Source: Eledone cirrhosa (lineage: Eukaryota). Taken from it: DNA of 64,000 bases. How positions within the stretch are numbered: the stretch's first letter is position 1; every line of letters begins with the position of its first letter. The notes below the pieces were generated by a model. It saw nothing but the letters and a program-made list of their open reading frames with translations, made no database searches and was not told the DNA's origin. Both the position numbers and the translations under genes were made by a program. This document shows, one piece after another, positions 32,641 to 47,956 of the stretch. The stretch covers positions 25,048,001 to 25,112,000 of the forward strand of contig OZ024762.1 of the NCBI GenBank assembly GCA_964016885.1. Reading direction: 5' to 3'.

Positions 32641-32985
32641 ACCACCCTCTCCCCCTCACATATATATATATAGTTATGTAATAAACACCAAGATCATTAT
32701 TTCATTTACCAAATGGAGCCTACATAGAACACTCTCTTTTCATTTACCACTTCATATAACTTCATATATATATATGCATGTATGAAAAATTCGGGACCCG
32801 AAGTCTGATACTCTCTAGCAGTGGAAACGGCAGGAGCTCATTAGTAGGTGTCCCAAAGTTTTCATATTTTCCTATTTTCACTCTACCAACCCAAGTATCG
32901 AGTAAACCCCTGGGTAATGGTCTAACTGGTTTTTGCCGCTTATATTCTGATACACACACACACACACACAACACACACACACACG

Positions 32986-33068
<83 letters not shown>

Positions 33069-33438
33069 GTAACATGATACTACCTAATTTCTAAATTCGC
33101 TAGCCGTTTGTAGATAAAGCCTGCTTTGTGTGTCCATATTTATATATATATGAAATAGTCTTTAAGACTATACAGAGCATTTGAAGTTTTTCCAAATTGA
33201 AGGGTGACTATTTTAAACTTTATTTTATCATCAGTTAAGGCTCTATTGGTTTTTCCCTAGATTTCACTAAATTCTGTGGATGAATTTATATCCTGATTCT
33301 CTTTGAGATGAGTTTGAATTATTTTTCCCACATCTTACGTTAACTATGTTTCCCTTGTTGACGCTATAGTCACTTATATATTATGGAATACTGTTGGCTT
33401 CTTGCTACAACAATTTCTATACCTTTCATATATATATG

Positions 33439-33489
<51 letters not shown>

Positions 33490-33790
33490 GCACACACACT
33501 GATACACACAAAGACGCACGCATAGTATATATGAGAAAGCAAGACCAATAATTCATAAAATTTAGACCGGAGCCCTCACTGGATTGAAACAACAGGAGTA
33601 AGTCTTATTTCATCGTTGTTCTTTTTATTCTGTTCAAATTCTAGCTGACGGGTGAAGTCCTAGATGTTGCGCACCGGTTATCAACGAACTATATACAACA
33701 GCGATTATGAAGAAACGGAGTACTTCATGTATATATATATATATATGTCGCTTCCGTATTTCACCCCCCCCCCCCCCCCCCACACACAGA

Positions 33791-33870
<80 letters not shown>

Positions 33871-34004
33871 ATAACGCACTGTATATCTCTCTCTCTGGTG
33901 TATTACCTTTTCAACATATTGTATTTTAAAGAGCTCAGGATCTCTTCTCATTTCAGCACATTATTTACAGGGAATAGCGAGGGCCTATGCCTCCGTTAAT
34001 TTAT

Positions 34005-34053
<49 letters not shown>

Positions 34054-34185
34054 AGGTATTTAATTTGGTGGAAATCCAACAAATATAGATGTTTACAACT
34101 CATTCAGAGCACTCGACAGATTTTCTGGAGTAATTATTCAATTGATAGTAAATACATGGAAACTATATTTATAAAACCATATTTA

Positions 34186-34243
34186 TTCTATTATATATAT
34201 TTCAAGGGTACCAACAATTTTGGTACGCTATCATCAGATAAAA
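34186..34243 (-). ncRNA. Hammerhead in the inverted 5' pLTR
   Basis: Mirror of 38108-38165. Confidence 0.8.
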
Positions 34244-34839
34244 TACAAAATGTTTTATGAATATTTGACATGACTAATTATGATATACCTTAACGGTTCA
34301 AGTTCTCCCTGGAAAGTGAATGGAGGAGAGAAGAAAAGTCAGATATTTAAAATTATTAATATGATTATGCAAATGATGTGTATATTAAAGGGCTGAAATA
34401 AACGTTATTTTAGACGCTATGGAAAATTTAAATATTTATGATAAGGAAAGAAGAGAAAGAGAAAAGAATAACGTTAATTAGGTGGAAAAGATTTTTGTTA
34501 CCTATATTATGAGTTATAAAATTATATGAAGAATTATGGTTGTAAGTATTTTTATCTTACTACATTAGGATAGGTTATATGGTTATACATATCTCTATGT
34601 ATATTAATAATTTGCGTATGCATTGATTGTTTATATAAACAAATATGAGTTACAAAGGATGTTGAACATTTTATTTTCAGGTTGTGAGATTAGAATAATT
34701 TGTGGATTAAAACATTTTCAACATTGAGAATGTTTTCAGAACATTCTTAATTTATCGAAGCTATATAAATTATCAAACTAAAATTGTTAAAGAAGAAAGA
34801 AAAATATAGACAATCTTGAAAATATAGACAAAGAAAATC

Positions 34840-36755
34840 TTTAAAAAACTGAGAAGATCCTAATTAAATCTGATAAAACTAACAATCTATACGGAATACA
34901 AAGGGACGAATACAATAATCTTATATTATAGAAACTCAGAAAAAAATACAGAATAACAACTAATGAAGATCTTGCAACGTTAAATAGAGAAGCTTCCGAA
35001 ATAATTCCTAAATTAGGCATCCAAAATAGGATGAACCCTTTATAAGTAGAAGACCCAAAATTAACCTGAAAGACCACAAAAGAAACTTTGAAATAGAACT
35101 ACAAGTCAGACTTATAGCACCATCTAAATCAGATTTAGGGATAATTAGTAAACATATATTAGATAGAATCATACCACAACTTAAAGAAAAATCACACCTA
35201 AAACTATGGAACGGTACTAACGAGGTTATAGATTGGTTCAGTAACATACAATTTAAACATAACAAAAAATTCATTCAAATCGTTATTGCAAATTACTACT
35301 CCTCTATTACTCCTAGTTTACTTAGTAGGGTTCTTATCTATGCATCTAAACATACAGATTTATTTAGCGAAGAAATGCATATCATTTTAACTACACGGAA
35401 AACTTTAATAGAATTCAACAATCATCTCTGGACAAAAGCCGACAGGAAAAATAATTTTGATATGACCATAGGATCATCCGACTGGGCGCAAATAACGGAT
35501 CTTGTGGGCTTATTTATTAATAATACACTGCATAGAAAAATGCCAGAGATGACCGGTGGGTTATATCGTGATGATATGCTACTTTTAATTGAAAAGCATA
35601 GTAATTGTGAAATTAATAGGAAAAGAAAATCAATAATACAATTCTTCAATAATTATAACCTTAAGTTAGAAATAGAGAATAACTATAAAATCGTTAACTT
35701 TTTAGACGTAACATTAAACCTTAGCACAGGGCTCTACTATCCATTCCATAAAATCAATGAGAATCTAAATTACGTAAGTTTTAACTCTAATCATCCTAGA
35801 TCTATTAAGAACACTATCGTCAATAGTGTCCAGCAACGAATTTCACGCATCTCTGCTAATAAAAATATTTTTGAGGAAAAGGCTGAATATTATAATGAAG
35901 CTTTAAATAGTGCAGGGTATTCGAATAAAATTAAATACATTGACAACAATAATAAGGCGAATCACCCTACTATTAATTGTATTAATAATAAAAAAAATTT
36001 AACTTAAACTCTAAAACTAATAGAAGAGCTAGAACTAGAAATATTATTTGGTACTCACCCCTATTCTCATTAAGCGTTAAAACACCTTTAGCAAAGCTAT
36101 TCTTTAAAGCACTAGATAAATGTTTTCCGAAAACCCACAGTTACCACCCAATCTTTAACAGACATACTATAAAACTATCCTACTCTACTACTATGAATAT
36201 AGCACAACATATAAATAGAATTAATAATAGAAACTTAAATTTAAACCCTAACCAAAATAACCATAATAATAATAATATTTCTAGCAATATCCAGTATAAT
36301 AGTACCGTTCTGAGTAACAACAACTCAGTAAAATGTAACTGTAGATTTAAATCAAACTGCCCTTTACAAAATAAGTGTTTAGATAAAAACATAGTTTATA
36401 AATGTACAGTGAAAACTAGTGATAAATTCAACTATGTCGGTGCCACCTCTACAGAATTTAAATTTCGCTGGAATAACCACAATTGTTCTTTTAGAAGATT
36501 GACAAAAAATATTCTACTACGCTCTCACATCTTATATGAAATTTAAAAAGCAGGAGTATAGACTATTCATTATCTTGGAAAACGATTTCGAAGCACCTAC
36601 TTACCGGAACACGATTATCAAAATTATGTAAATTATGTACTGAAGAAATTTTTTACATAATTAATTGTAAAAACTCTATTAATCTTAGAACAACATTATT
36701 TAGTTGTTGCAAACTTCGCCAAAATTCTACATTCAGAACTATATGTAAATTATAA
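34840..36755 (+). pseudogene. Disrupted PLE RT + GIY-YIG ORF
   Basis: IKSDKTNNLY; KDHK..VRLIAPSKSDLG; FDMTIGSSD; GLYRDD; NFLDVTLNL; SNHP; CNCRFKSNCPLQNKC; IVYKC..YVGATSTEFKFR; CKLCTEE; several stops and frameshifts. Confidence 0.9.
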
Positions 36756-38107
36756 TATACTTATAATATTCCTATTAATCTCAAACATGATCTTATCTGT
36801 TCTAACATTTTATATTTTTAATACTTTAATATATTAATATCTCTAAATCATAATATCTTTAAAATTTCTTATAATATATATATATATATATGTGTATGTA
36901 TAGATAATTATTTATATATATTTATGTACTTCTACATTATGTACTTCTATATAATTTATAATTCTAATTTTAATTTTAATTTTAATTCTTTTAAATTCTT
37001 TAATTCTTTTTTCTTAATTTTTTATTCTTCTAATTACACCCTTTAAAGCTTTATTTTTCTAATGACATCCTCTAAAGCTAATTTTTAAATGTAGATTTAT
37101 GACCATTAACTGTTTTTAGTAAAATATATCCTATTCAGGATGGTGTTTAATTATTCATATTTCTTTAGAATAAATAATTAATCCCACACTGGCGATTAAT
37201 AACAAAATTGGAGTTATCTTTCCTTCTTTCAATCATAAACACATTTTATACATAACTCCGTTAATTTAATATTTTAAATTGTAACTACCTATTTATCTAC
37301 ATAAAATCAACATCCCTAGTAACCTATATTAGGAACAAACACGTATTTTATGTATTTATAAATCAACATCCCTTGTAACTCATATTATAAAAAAACTATC
37401 CTTAAAAAAAAACACATATGCTATTATTAAAATACATATATAGATATTTATATATTATTATAATAAGATACATAATTCTCCTTATAAATATCGATAAATG
37501 ACTGAATATATTTTCCCTATATTAACGTTCAAGTGGTATTCCTTTTCCTTTTTCTTTCTTCTTTAACAATTTTAGTTTGATAATTTATATAGCTTCGTTA
37601 AATTAACAATATTCTGAAAACATTCTCAATGTTGAACATTTTTGAATCCACAAATTATTCTAATCTAACAACTCGAAAATAAATTTTCAACATCCTTCGT
37701 AACTCATATTTGTTTATATAAACAATCAATGCATACGCAAATTATTAATATATATATAGATATTTATATACATATAACCTATCCTAATGTAATAAGATAA
37801 AAATATTTACAACCATAATTCTTCATTTAATTTTATAACTCATAATATAGGTAACAAACATCTTTTTCCCCAAATTAACGTTATTCTATTCTCTTTCTAT
37901 TCTTTTCTTATCATAAATATTTAAATTTTCCATAGCGTCTAAAATAACGTTTTTTTCAGCCCTTTAATATACACATCATTTGCATAATCATATTAATATT
38001 TTAAATATCTGACTTTTCTCCTCTCTTCCCTTCACTTTCCAGGGAGAACTTGAACCGTTAAGGTTTATCATCCTTGGTTATGTTAAATATTTATAAAACA
38101 TTTTGTA

Positions 38108-38165
38108 TTTTATCTGATGATAACGTACCAAAATTGTTGGTACCCTTGAAATATATATAATAGAA
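38108..38165 (+). ncRNA. Type I hammerhead in the 3' pLTR (AUA site)
   Basis: ttttat-CTGATGA-taac-gtacca-aaattgt-tggtac-cctt-GAAA-tatata-TA-atagaa. Confidence 0.8.
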
Positions 38166-38209
38166 TAAATATGGTTTTATAAATATAGTTTCCATTTATT
38201 TATTATCAA

Positions 38210-38281
<72 letters not shown>

Positions 38282-38287
<6 letters not shown>

Positions 38288-38510
38288 AAATTATTTAGCC
38301 TGATAGTGGGCTTAAGAACCCTCGGAGAAATGGAAAAAGATAAGTATTGACGTACATGTACGTCAATACTCATCTTTTTCCATTTCTCCGAGAGTTCTTA
38401 AGCCACTATCAGGCTAAATAATTTCTTTAATTTCTTTAGTCAAAATACGGCGATAGCTTATATTTCTAATAATTTCCAAACCCACTCGCTGTTTCGAAAA
38501 TATTCTTACT
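38282..38510. mobile_element. Fold-back mini-element + tail (family shared with 45271-45510)
   Basis: Palindrome centred on gacgtacatgtacgtc (~38356); tail ...cactcgctgtttcgaaaatattcttac. Confidence 0.75.
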
Positions 38511-38582
38511 ATATATATATACAATACATATATATACAATATATATATACAATATATATATATATATACAATATATAAGAAT

Positions 38583-39341
38583 AGAGTGTACATAGGTGAG
38601 ACAGCTCGTAGTATAGGAGAACGGTTAAATGAACAATGGCGAGAACTTCAAGATAAAAAGAATCATTAATACTCCACCAACATGCTAAAATAGAACATAA
38701 GGGCAAATTTGAGAACATAGAAATAAAAATAGAATCTACACACAGAAAAGACGCAATGCTTAGACAAATCACAGAGGCAATAAACATAAATGAACTCCAC
38801 CCAAAATTAAATAGAAAACATGAATGGAATAGCAACATCACAACTTACAATTAGGACAAAATGAAAACACACACACACTTAGAACAAACAACCAAACAGT
38901 AACATGTAAATAAACAAATAAACAAATAAAAACACACACAGACACCCGGACGTAACACATGCGCAAACTAAGCACACAACACACAAAAAAACAAGATGGC
39001 GTAGGACAGAACAGAGGAAAGGCACAAAACAAAGAAAAGAATTCCCAGTCACTGAAGAGGTCACAGAATGTGTGACGAAAGAACTTTGACAATATATGAA
39101 CAACCCTCCGGTTATGGAACCAACCAACCAACCCGAAATTTATAAATTCTTGAATTTATAAATTTAATTTATAATAAATTGGAATGAACGCATGTGGTGC
39201 GTGTGTTTCTTATTGGCAACATGACCCTCCCAAAGCATAACAATATCAGTTTCAACACACGTTTTCAGATAAAGAATCTTGCTAAACAAATTCAGAAACG
39301 AAATATACATATATATATATGTATATTTCGTTTCTGAATTT
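38583..39341 (+). mobile_element. 3' fragment of a Neptune-type PLE (GIY-YIG C-terminus 38583-38854, pLTR, tail)
   Basis: VYIGETARSIGERLNEQW../..LHQHAKIEH..DAMLRQITEAININELHPKLNRKHEW; DNA similar to 63790-63840. Confidence 0.85.
39048..39090 (+). ncRNA. Type I hammerhead with an extra nucleotide after A9 (CUU site)
   Basis: gtca-CTGAAGA-g-gtcaca-gaatg-tgtgac-GAAA-gaac-TT-tgac. Confidence 0.8.
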
Positions 39342-39609
39342 ATTATTTATTATGGATTGTAACGTCTCGAGGCCGATCGATACAGATCGAGACTTGAGCT
39401 GATCAATTAAGCAACGCGTATCAAACCTCAATTAATTTAATGGAAAATGTATTAGTTTAACACTTCATATAGTAGAAAAGAGTTTTTACATTTCGGAGAG
39501 ATACTAACCAGTCCTTCATTAGAAGATGGTTAGTGAGAAGAAAAACTAGCGGAAAAAAGCACGTACATATTCCGTCAGCCATTTTGTTGAAAACATATTT
39601 GCCAAAAAT

Positions 39610-39677
<68 letters not shown>

Positions 39678-39911
39678 TAGTAGTAGTAACGGTTCGAGTG
39701 TTGTAATACTGTCCAGTTAGATAATATATTATTAAATAAAAAAAAATATTCAGCAATATAAATTATAAAATGAAGACTATATATAGAATAAAATAAACAG
39801 GGAAGAAACTTTGGTTTTATATATGATATTTATATATATATATAATATATATAATATATGTATATATATATATACACACACAAACACACGCATATATATA
39901 TATTGAGACAG

Positions 39912-39983
<72 letters not shown>

Positions 39984-40557
39984 GATAGGTAGATAGACAG
40001 TTCATGCTAAAAATGTCTAACCAATGTATTTAATGTAATTACAAATACAATATTTACCCACAAAAAAAAAATGAATAATAGAGATCATAGAACAGAAAAT
40101 TCCTGCACAAGTACAATATATTAGAAAGTAACATTTTAAGAAACATACGAAAGATATTATGTATCACCTGAGGTGAGAAAACTTGAGAGAGGGAAAGAAA
40201 AAGAGAGAGGGAGAGAGAGAGAGGGAAAGTGAGAGAAGGAGAGACAGGGGTAGAATGAGTAAACAATGAGAGAGAGACAGAGAAATTTGGAGAAATAGAG
40301 CGAAAGAGAGAGAAAGAGAGAGCTAAGGAGAAACATAATGAACCTGACGATGAAAGAATGAGATAGAGAGAGAGAAAGAGAGAAAATGAGAAAGAGAGAG
40401 AGAGAATAAAAGAGAAAGAGAACTATAAAAAGATACAGAATGAAAGTTAGAGAGAAAAACATAGAGGGATTAAAAGAGAAATATAGGGAGATAGAGAAAG
40501 TGGGATTGCATAGACGACAAAAGAGAGAATGAGATAATGAGAGAGAGAATGAGGGAA

Positions 40558-40643
<86 letters not shown>

Positions 40644-40741
40644 ATATATATATAGAGAGAGAGATGACGGAGAGAGATAGAAATAGATAGATAGAGAGAT
40701 GGAGAGAGAAGAGAGAGAGATGAGGGAGATATATAGAGACG

Positions 40742-40783
<42 letters not shown>

Positions 40784-41076
40784 TAGAGAGAGGGGGGATA
40801 TGAGAGGGAGAGAGATGTGAAAAAATATTTTCTCTGTGTGTTTTATCTTGTTGGTTAATTGGTCATTTTTAGTTAGAAATATGTGTGTTTGTGAGATTAG
40901 TTTAAGATGTAATATATTGCAATGTCTAAGGAAAAACCGACAGGCGCCTGCATACTGGTACTAGATAATTCTTGATATCAACAATTAATTTTACAAGTTA
41001 TTACTTGTTAAATGAAATTGAAACAAAAAAAAGCGAAAACGAAAGGAGAGAACACACGCACACACATGCAAAATAG

Positions 41077-41116
<40 letters not shown>

Positions 41117-41125
41117 CATATATAT

Positions 41126-41264
<139 letters not shown>

Positions 41265-41267
41265 TAT

Positions 41268-41378
<111 letters not shown>

Positions 41379-41387
41379 CATATATAT

Positions 41388-41472
<85 letters not shown>

Positions 41473-41593
41473 CATAGATATATACATATATATATATAAA
41501 CATAAATATGTATAGATGCATATATGTATATATATATACATAGATATCTATATATACATATATATATACATACACACACACACATATATACAT

Positions 41594-41681
<88 letters not shown>

Positions 41682-41929
41682 ACCTCTAATAACAAATTAC
41701 AAAGTGAAAAGCAAACGTCATTATAACCGGAAAAACAGAATCGAAAGCATACAACAACAAAAACGAACAAAAAAATATATAAATATAACAATAACATATG
41801 TATAAAACCAACAAAATACAATATTATACAATACGTGCTCATGGGAGACAATCTACAATTTAATTACGTAGTTTTACATCATACACTGTGATATCGACTA
41901 TAACAGGATAGCACTGTTGTTGGCGATGA

Positions 41930-43104
41930 TGTAGTTGGTGGTAGTGTTGGTGGTTGTGGTGGTGTTGTTTGTGGTGGTGTTGGTTGTGGTGGTAGTTGTG
42001 GTTGTGTTGTTTTGGTGGTGGTGGTGTTGTTGTGGTGTTGGTAGTGGTAGTGTTGGTGGCAGTATTGGTGTTTGTGGTGGTGTTGTTTGTGGTGGTGTTG
42101 GTTGTGGTGGTGGTTGTGGTTGTGTTGTTTTGGTGGTGGTGGTGTTGTTGTGGTGTTGGTAGTGGTAGTGTTGGTGGTAGTGTTGGTGGTAGTGTTGGTG
42201 TTTGTTTTCCTCGTGGTGGTGGTGGTGGTGGTGGTGGTTGTAGTTGTGGTGGTTGTGGTGGTGGTGGTGCTGTTGTGGTGGTGATGTAGTTGGTGGTAGT
42301 GGTAGTGGTGGTGGTTGTAGTAGTGGTGGTAGTGGTGATGTAGTTGGTGGTTGTGGTTGTGTTGGTGAAAGTGGTGGTGGTGGTTTCGGTTGTTGTGGTT
42401 GTGGTGCAGGGTTTGGGGGCAGATTTAGTTGTGGTGGTGATGTTGTTGGTGTTGTAGTTGGTGGTAGTTGTAGTGATGGTGGTGATGGTGGGAGGTTTGT
42501 GGTGGTAGTGCTTGCGGTTGGGTGGTGTTGCTGGGTGTGATGGTTGTGGTGGTGGTTGTAGTTGTGGTGGTAGTGGTAGTGGAGATGGTTTTAGTGACTG
42601 TGGTGGGTTCGGTTGTGATTGTTCTGGTGATGATGATGATGTTTGTTATGATGATATTGTTATCAATGATGATGATGATGATAATTGTGATGTACATGAT
42701 TGGTGATGATGATGCTGATTCTAATGATGATGATGATAGTGATGATAATGATGATGATGAACCTAACGATAATGATGATGATAACCGATGATGATCATGT
42801 TTATCATAATCATCACCATCATCATCACCATCACCATCACCACCACAAACATCATCATCATCGCTACAATAAACATTATAATCATCGTCATCATCATCAT
42901 CATCACCACCACAACCACCACCATCACCACCACAAACATCATCATCATCATCACCATCAGCAACATCATAATCATCGTCACCACCACCACCATCATCATC
43001 ATCATCCTCAACGACATCATCACTATCACATAGAACATCATCATCGTTATCAATATCACCATCACAAACATAATCATCACTACCACAAACATCGTCATCA
43101 TCAA

Positions 43105-43151
<47 letters not shown>

Positions 43152-43152
43152 A

Positions 43153-43183
<31 letters not shown>

Positions 43184-43290
43184 GACATCATCATCAACAT
43201 CATCATCATCATCAACATCAACGACCTCATTGTCATCATCACGATTACTACCACAAACATCATCATCATCATCATCAACGACCTTAATGT
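41930..43290. repeat. Compound (GGT/GTT)n-(GAT)n tract switching to (CAT/CAC)n at ~42795
   Basis: Direct reading. Confidence 0.9.
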
Positions 43291-43959
43291 CGATGACTTC
43301 CATCCAACGCATAATAATTAGCCCGGAATTTGAACAAAATAAAATAAAATAAAATAAAATTAAATAAAATAAAATAAAATAAAATAAAATAAAATAAAAT
43401 AAAATAAAAAAAAAATATATAAAAATAAAAATAAAAATAATACCAAAATTGATTACGAGAAATAAATATATTAAAAAATAAAATAAATCATAAACATGAA
43501 ATTAAGATAAATAAAAAAAAATAGCCAAATAATAAAAATAAAATTAAGATAAATAAAAAAAACAAAATGGCGGGTTGAAAAATTATAAGAATGCAAATCA
43601 AACGAGAATTTGAGCAAAATACCAACACTTTGTGAATTGTTAAAATAGTGAGTTATTTAGTTGTATTTTGGGGGGAGAAAGAAAGTATTTTGTATTGTTT
43701 TATTAATTTGTTTATATTTTTTATTATATAATTGTCCCATTCGTTTCGGTTATTTGACGGCGGCCATGCTGCAGCACAGCATTAATGGGATTTAAGGGGA
43801 TTTAATCGGATTTAATCGATTATATCTACTCCAATGCACTTTTATTTCAGGCCTGTGATTTTGTATTAATGGATTCAGCAATGTATTTCTTTTATGAGGT
43901 TTATAAACGCACATACATACATACATACATACATACATACATACATACATACATACATA

Positions 43960-44380
43960 CACACATAAACACAAACGAAGACTCAGACACGAACACACGG
44001 GCGCACACCAAACAGAATATATACATACAAGCTCATGTACAGAGACAACCAATAAAGAAAACCTTATAGAAACATAAAGGGAGTAAACAGCCATAATCAC
44101 TGAAGATGACACAGAATTGTGCGACAGAAGAACTTTGATAAATTATATTTACATTCATGTTTTTAACTGTTACTCACTCAATGAAAAATTTTGATTGTAG
44201 GCTAACTTATTTCTAAAAATATCCTGAAGCCAAAACCAAGTCAAACAGTGAGCTAGTTTTATTATTTTTTGGCAATATTAGGACAAAATAACCCTCCTCA
44301 AATATAAGAATACTAGAAGCTTTTCATAAACACGCAAACAAAGACGCCCTTAAAAAAATAAGTGGCTCAAATTTATATAT
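43960..44380 (+). mobile_element. Solo Neptune-type pLTR with decayed hammerhead at 44096-44139
   Basis: atca-CTGAAGA-t-gacacagaattgtgcgac-AGAA-gaac-TT-tgat; 3' end acagtgagc..tggcaatatta..accctcc matches 3517-3587. Confidence 0.7.
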
Positions 44381-44875
44381 AGTTTTTATACACAAGTGTA
44401 GTGAATGTTAGAAGCTGAGTTCTGTAGTTTCTAATCACACCTCCCTTCTTCAGTCATCTCTAGAGTGAGACGGAAGGAAGGACGGACGGACGGAAATCAC
44501 TCAAATTTATATATAGATTTAATGGATGCCCCTTGTCAAACAGAGACGTGACAGATTCAATTAAAAATATCAGTACAAACATGGACGCACATGCGAACAC
44601 AGACATAATATATATATATATTTCTTCTTGTTCGCCCTTATGAGTAAACACATTCCGGGCTATTTTCATGGGCAGAGATTCAACAAATTGGTAATCAATG
44701 ACCAACGAAACGTACGTACTTATGGCGCCGTTATAGTAACTGACCTGAATAATTATATAGATATATATATAGCTGTCGATACGATCGAAGCTCAGCCGTC
44801 GGGGTCCTGACTCTTTTCCTATTACCCACTCTACTACCCTTAGTACCACACTTCCTTTGTTCTTTATATATATAT

Positions 44876-45270
<395 letters not shown>

Positions 45271-45282
<12 letters not shown>

Positions 45283-45509
45283 ATAGCTTTCACCGTATTT
45301 TTGACTAAAGGAATTTTAGCTTGATAACGGGGTTTAGAACCCTCAGATAAATGGAAAAAGATGAGTATTGACGTACAATACTCATCTTTTTCCATTTATC
45401 TGAGGGTTCTAAACCCCGTTATCAAGCTAAAATTCCTTTAGTCAAAAATACGGTGAAAGCTATATATTTTCTAATTTCAAACTCACTCACTGTTTCAAAA
45501 CATACTTAC

Positions 45510-45510
<1 letters not shown>
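45271..45510. mobile_element. Perfect ~100-bp-arm palindrome + tail in (TA)n
   Basis: Arms 45271-45370 and 45376-45475 around the tip gacgtac; GAAA-gc-TA at 45455-45462. Confidence 0.8.
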
Positions 45511-46100
<590 letters not shown>

Positions 46101-46111
46101 AAAGATGTCAA

Positions 46112-46440
46112 TAATAAATATTTCTAGATTTGGCACAAGGCCAGCAATTATTCACTGTATTACTGGTACTTTATTTTATCGACCTCGTAAGGATGAAAGG
46201 GAAAGTTAACCTCGGCGGTATTTGATCTTAGAATGGCGCCGATAATAATTTTTTCTACTATTGGCACAAGGCCAGAAATTACCCAGTACATTACTGGTAC
46301 TTTATTTTATCGACCCCGTAAGGATGAAAGGCAAAGTTAACCTTGGCGGGATTTGAACTCAGAATGGCACGGGCCGTAACTCTATGCGTCAAAGCATGGC
46401 GTCCGACCCTCTACCGATACTGTCAATCCACCGCCATTAA
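46112..46440 (-). mobile_element. Two adjacent or nested Deu/Nin-type SINEs (46112-46235 and 46243-46437)
   Basis: Both are reverse complements of 2198-2381; imperfect TSD aatggcg.c.ataataat flanks the second. Confidence 0.85.
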
Positions 46441-46532
46441 TGGCGACAATAATAATGAAATTTATATATATATATAAATTTCTCTCTCTCTCTATCTATC
46501 TATCGCTCACTCTCTCTCCCCCTCTCTCTCTA

Positions 46533-46592
<60 letters not shown>

Positions 46593-46659
46593 TATGCTTA
46601 TATATATAAATATACATAAGCATATGTATCTATATATATATATATAAATTTCTCTCTCG

Positions 46660-46699
<40 letters not shown>

Positions 46700-46705
<6 letters not shown>

Positions 46706-47009
46706 ATGTAATACACAACATAAGGCAATTATTCCATTTACCAGTGGTTTCTTAAAAGCAAAAGGTTTTGCTTTCAATCCTCAGAATGAAAAAATCCTGG
46801 TTTGTTTATTGAATTTGGATTTTTAAAATCCAAATTCAATAAACAAACCAGGATTTTTTCATTCTAAGGATTGAAAGCAAAACCTTTTGCTTTTAAGAAA
46901 CCACTGGTAAATGGAATAATTGCCTTATGTTGTGTATTACATAATAATAATTAAGCTCTGTTGCCTACATAGAGCACTCTTTTTTCCTGGACTTTTCCGA
47001 CGGAATTAC

Positions 47010-47012
<3 letters not shown>
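46700..47012. mobile_element. Near-perfect ~120-bp-arm palindrome + tail in (TA)n
   Basis: Centre ggatttttaaaatcc (~46824); tail 46948-47012; micro-copy at 32672-32765 and relative at 49774-49975. Confidence 0.8.
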
Positions 47013-47067
<55 letters not shown>

Positions 47068-47094
47068 CATGTATCTATGTCTACAGTCTATCTT

Positions 47095-47357
47095 AAGCCA
47101 GCTGGGGCATTTGGCTGGTGCTTATCTCGGTTTCATGGCGTGAAGCGACTGAGAGTACATGACTCCCCCCTGGACAGGATGCGAGTCTATCGCAGGGTTA
47201 AACCCCCAGCCATTGCTGGTACTCATTTTCAGCTGCGTATAATGGAACAACGTGAAATGAAGTGTTTTGCTCAAGAACACAACACACAACGCAGGAATCA
47301 AACCCACGACATTATTATCGTAAGTCTTCCACCATGACCTCTAGGACACGTGCCTCC
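47095..47357 (-). mobile_element. tRNA-derived SINE with CORE and V-like segments
   Basis: Minus: gggtttgattcc B-box, gtgttcttgagcaaaacacttcatttcacg, ctgcgatagactcgcatcctgtccaggggggag. Confidence 0.7.
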
Positions 47358-47373
47358 TATATATATATATGTG

Positions 47374-47534
47374 TGTCCCAAGGCTCTGATACCATCAACA
47401 CTATACACACAGAGCTGGCATATCTGAGAAGTGACTAACTGCCTGATGAGGTCATAACCATTCAATGGCTATCATCGAAAAATATATAGCAGTAAATAAA
47501 GGATTACGAGTTCAAGCAATTGACTTATGTTTCG

Positions 47535-47539
<5 letters not shown>
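47374..47539 (+). mobile_element. ~165-bp hammerhead unit, copy 2 (HHR 47438-47493)
   Basis: actgc-CTGATGA-ggtcataaccattcaatggctatcatc-GAAA-aatata-TA-gcagt. Confidence 0.8.
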
Positions 47540-47610
<71 letters not shown>

Positions 47611-47612
47611 TA

Positions 47613-47650
<38 letters not shown>

Positions 47651-47669
47651 TATATCTATATATACTATA

Positions 47670-47835
<166 letters not shown>

Positions 47836-47849
47836 TATACATATATATA

Positions 47850-47956
<107 letters not shown>

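Larger units (their letters stand above)
34050..38212 (+). mobile_element. Naiad-type Penelope-like element with ~660-bp inverted pseudo-LTRs and 5' tail, in (TA)n
   Basis: 34141-34803 is the reverse complement of ~37550-38210; tail 34050-34140; RT-EN remnant between them. Confidence 0.9.
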
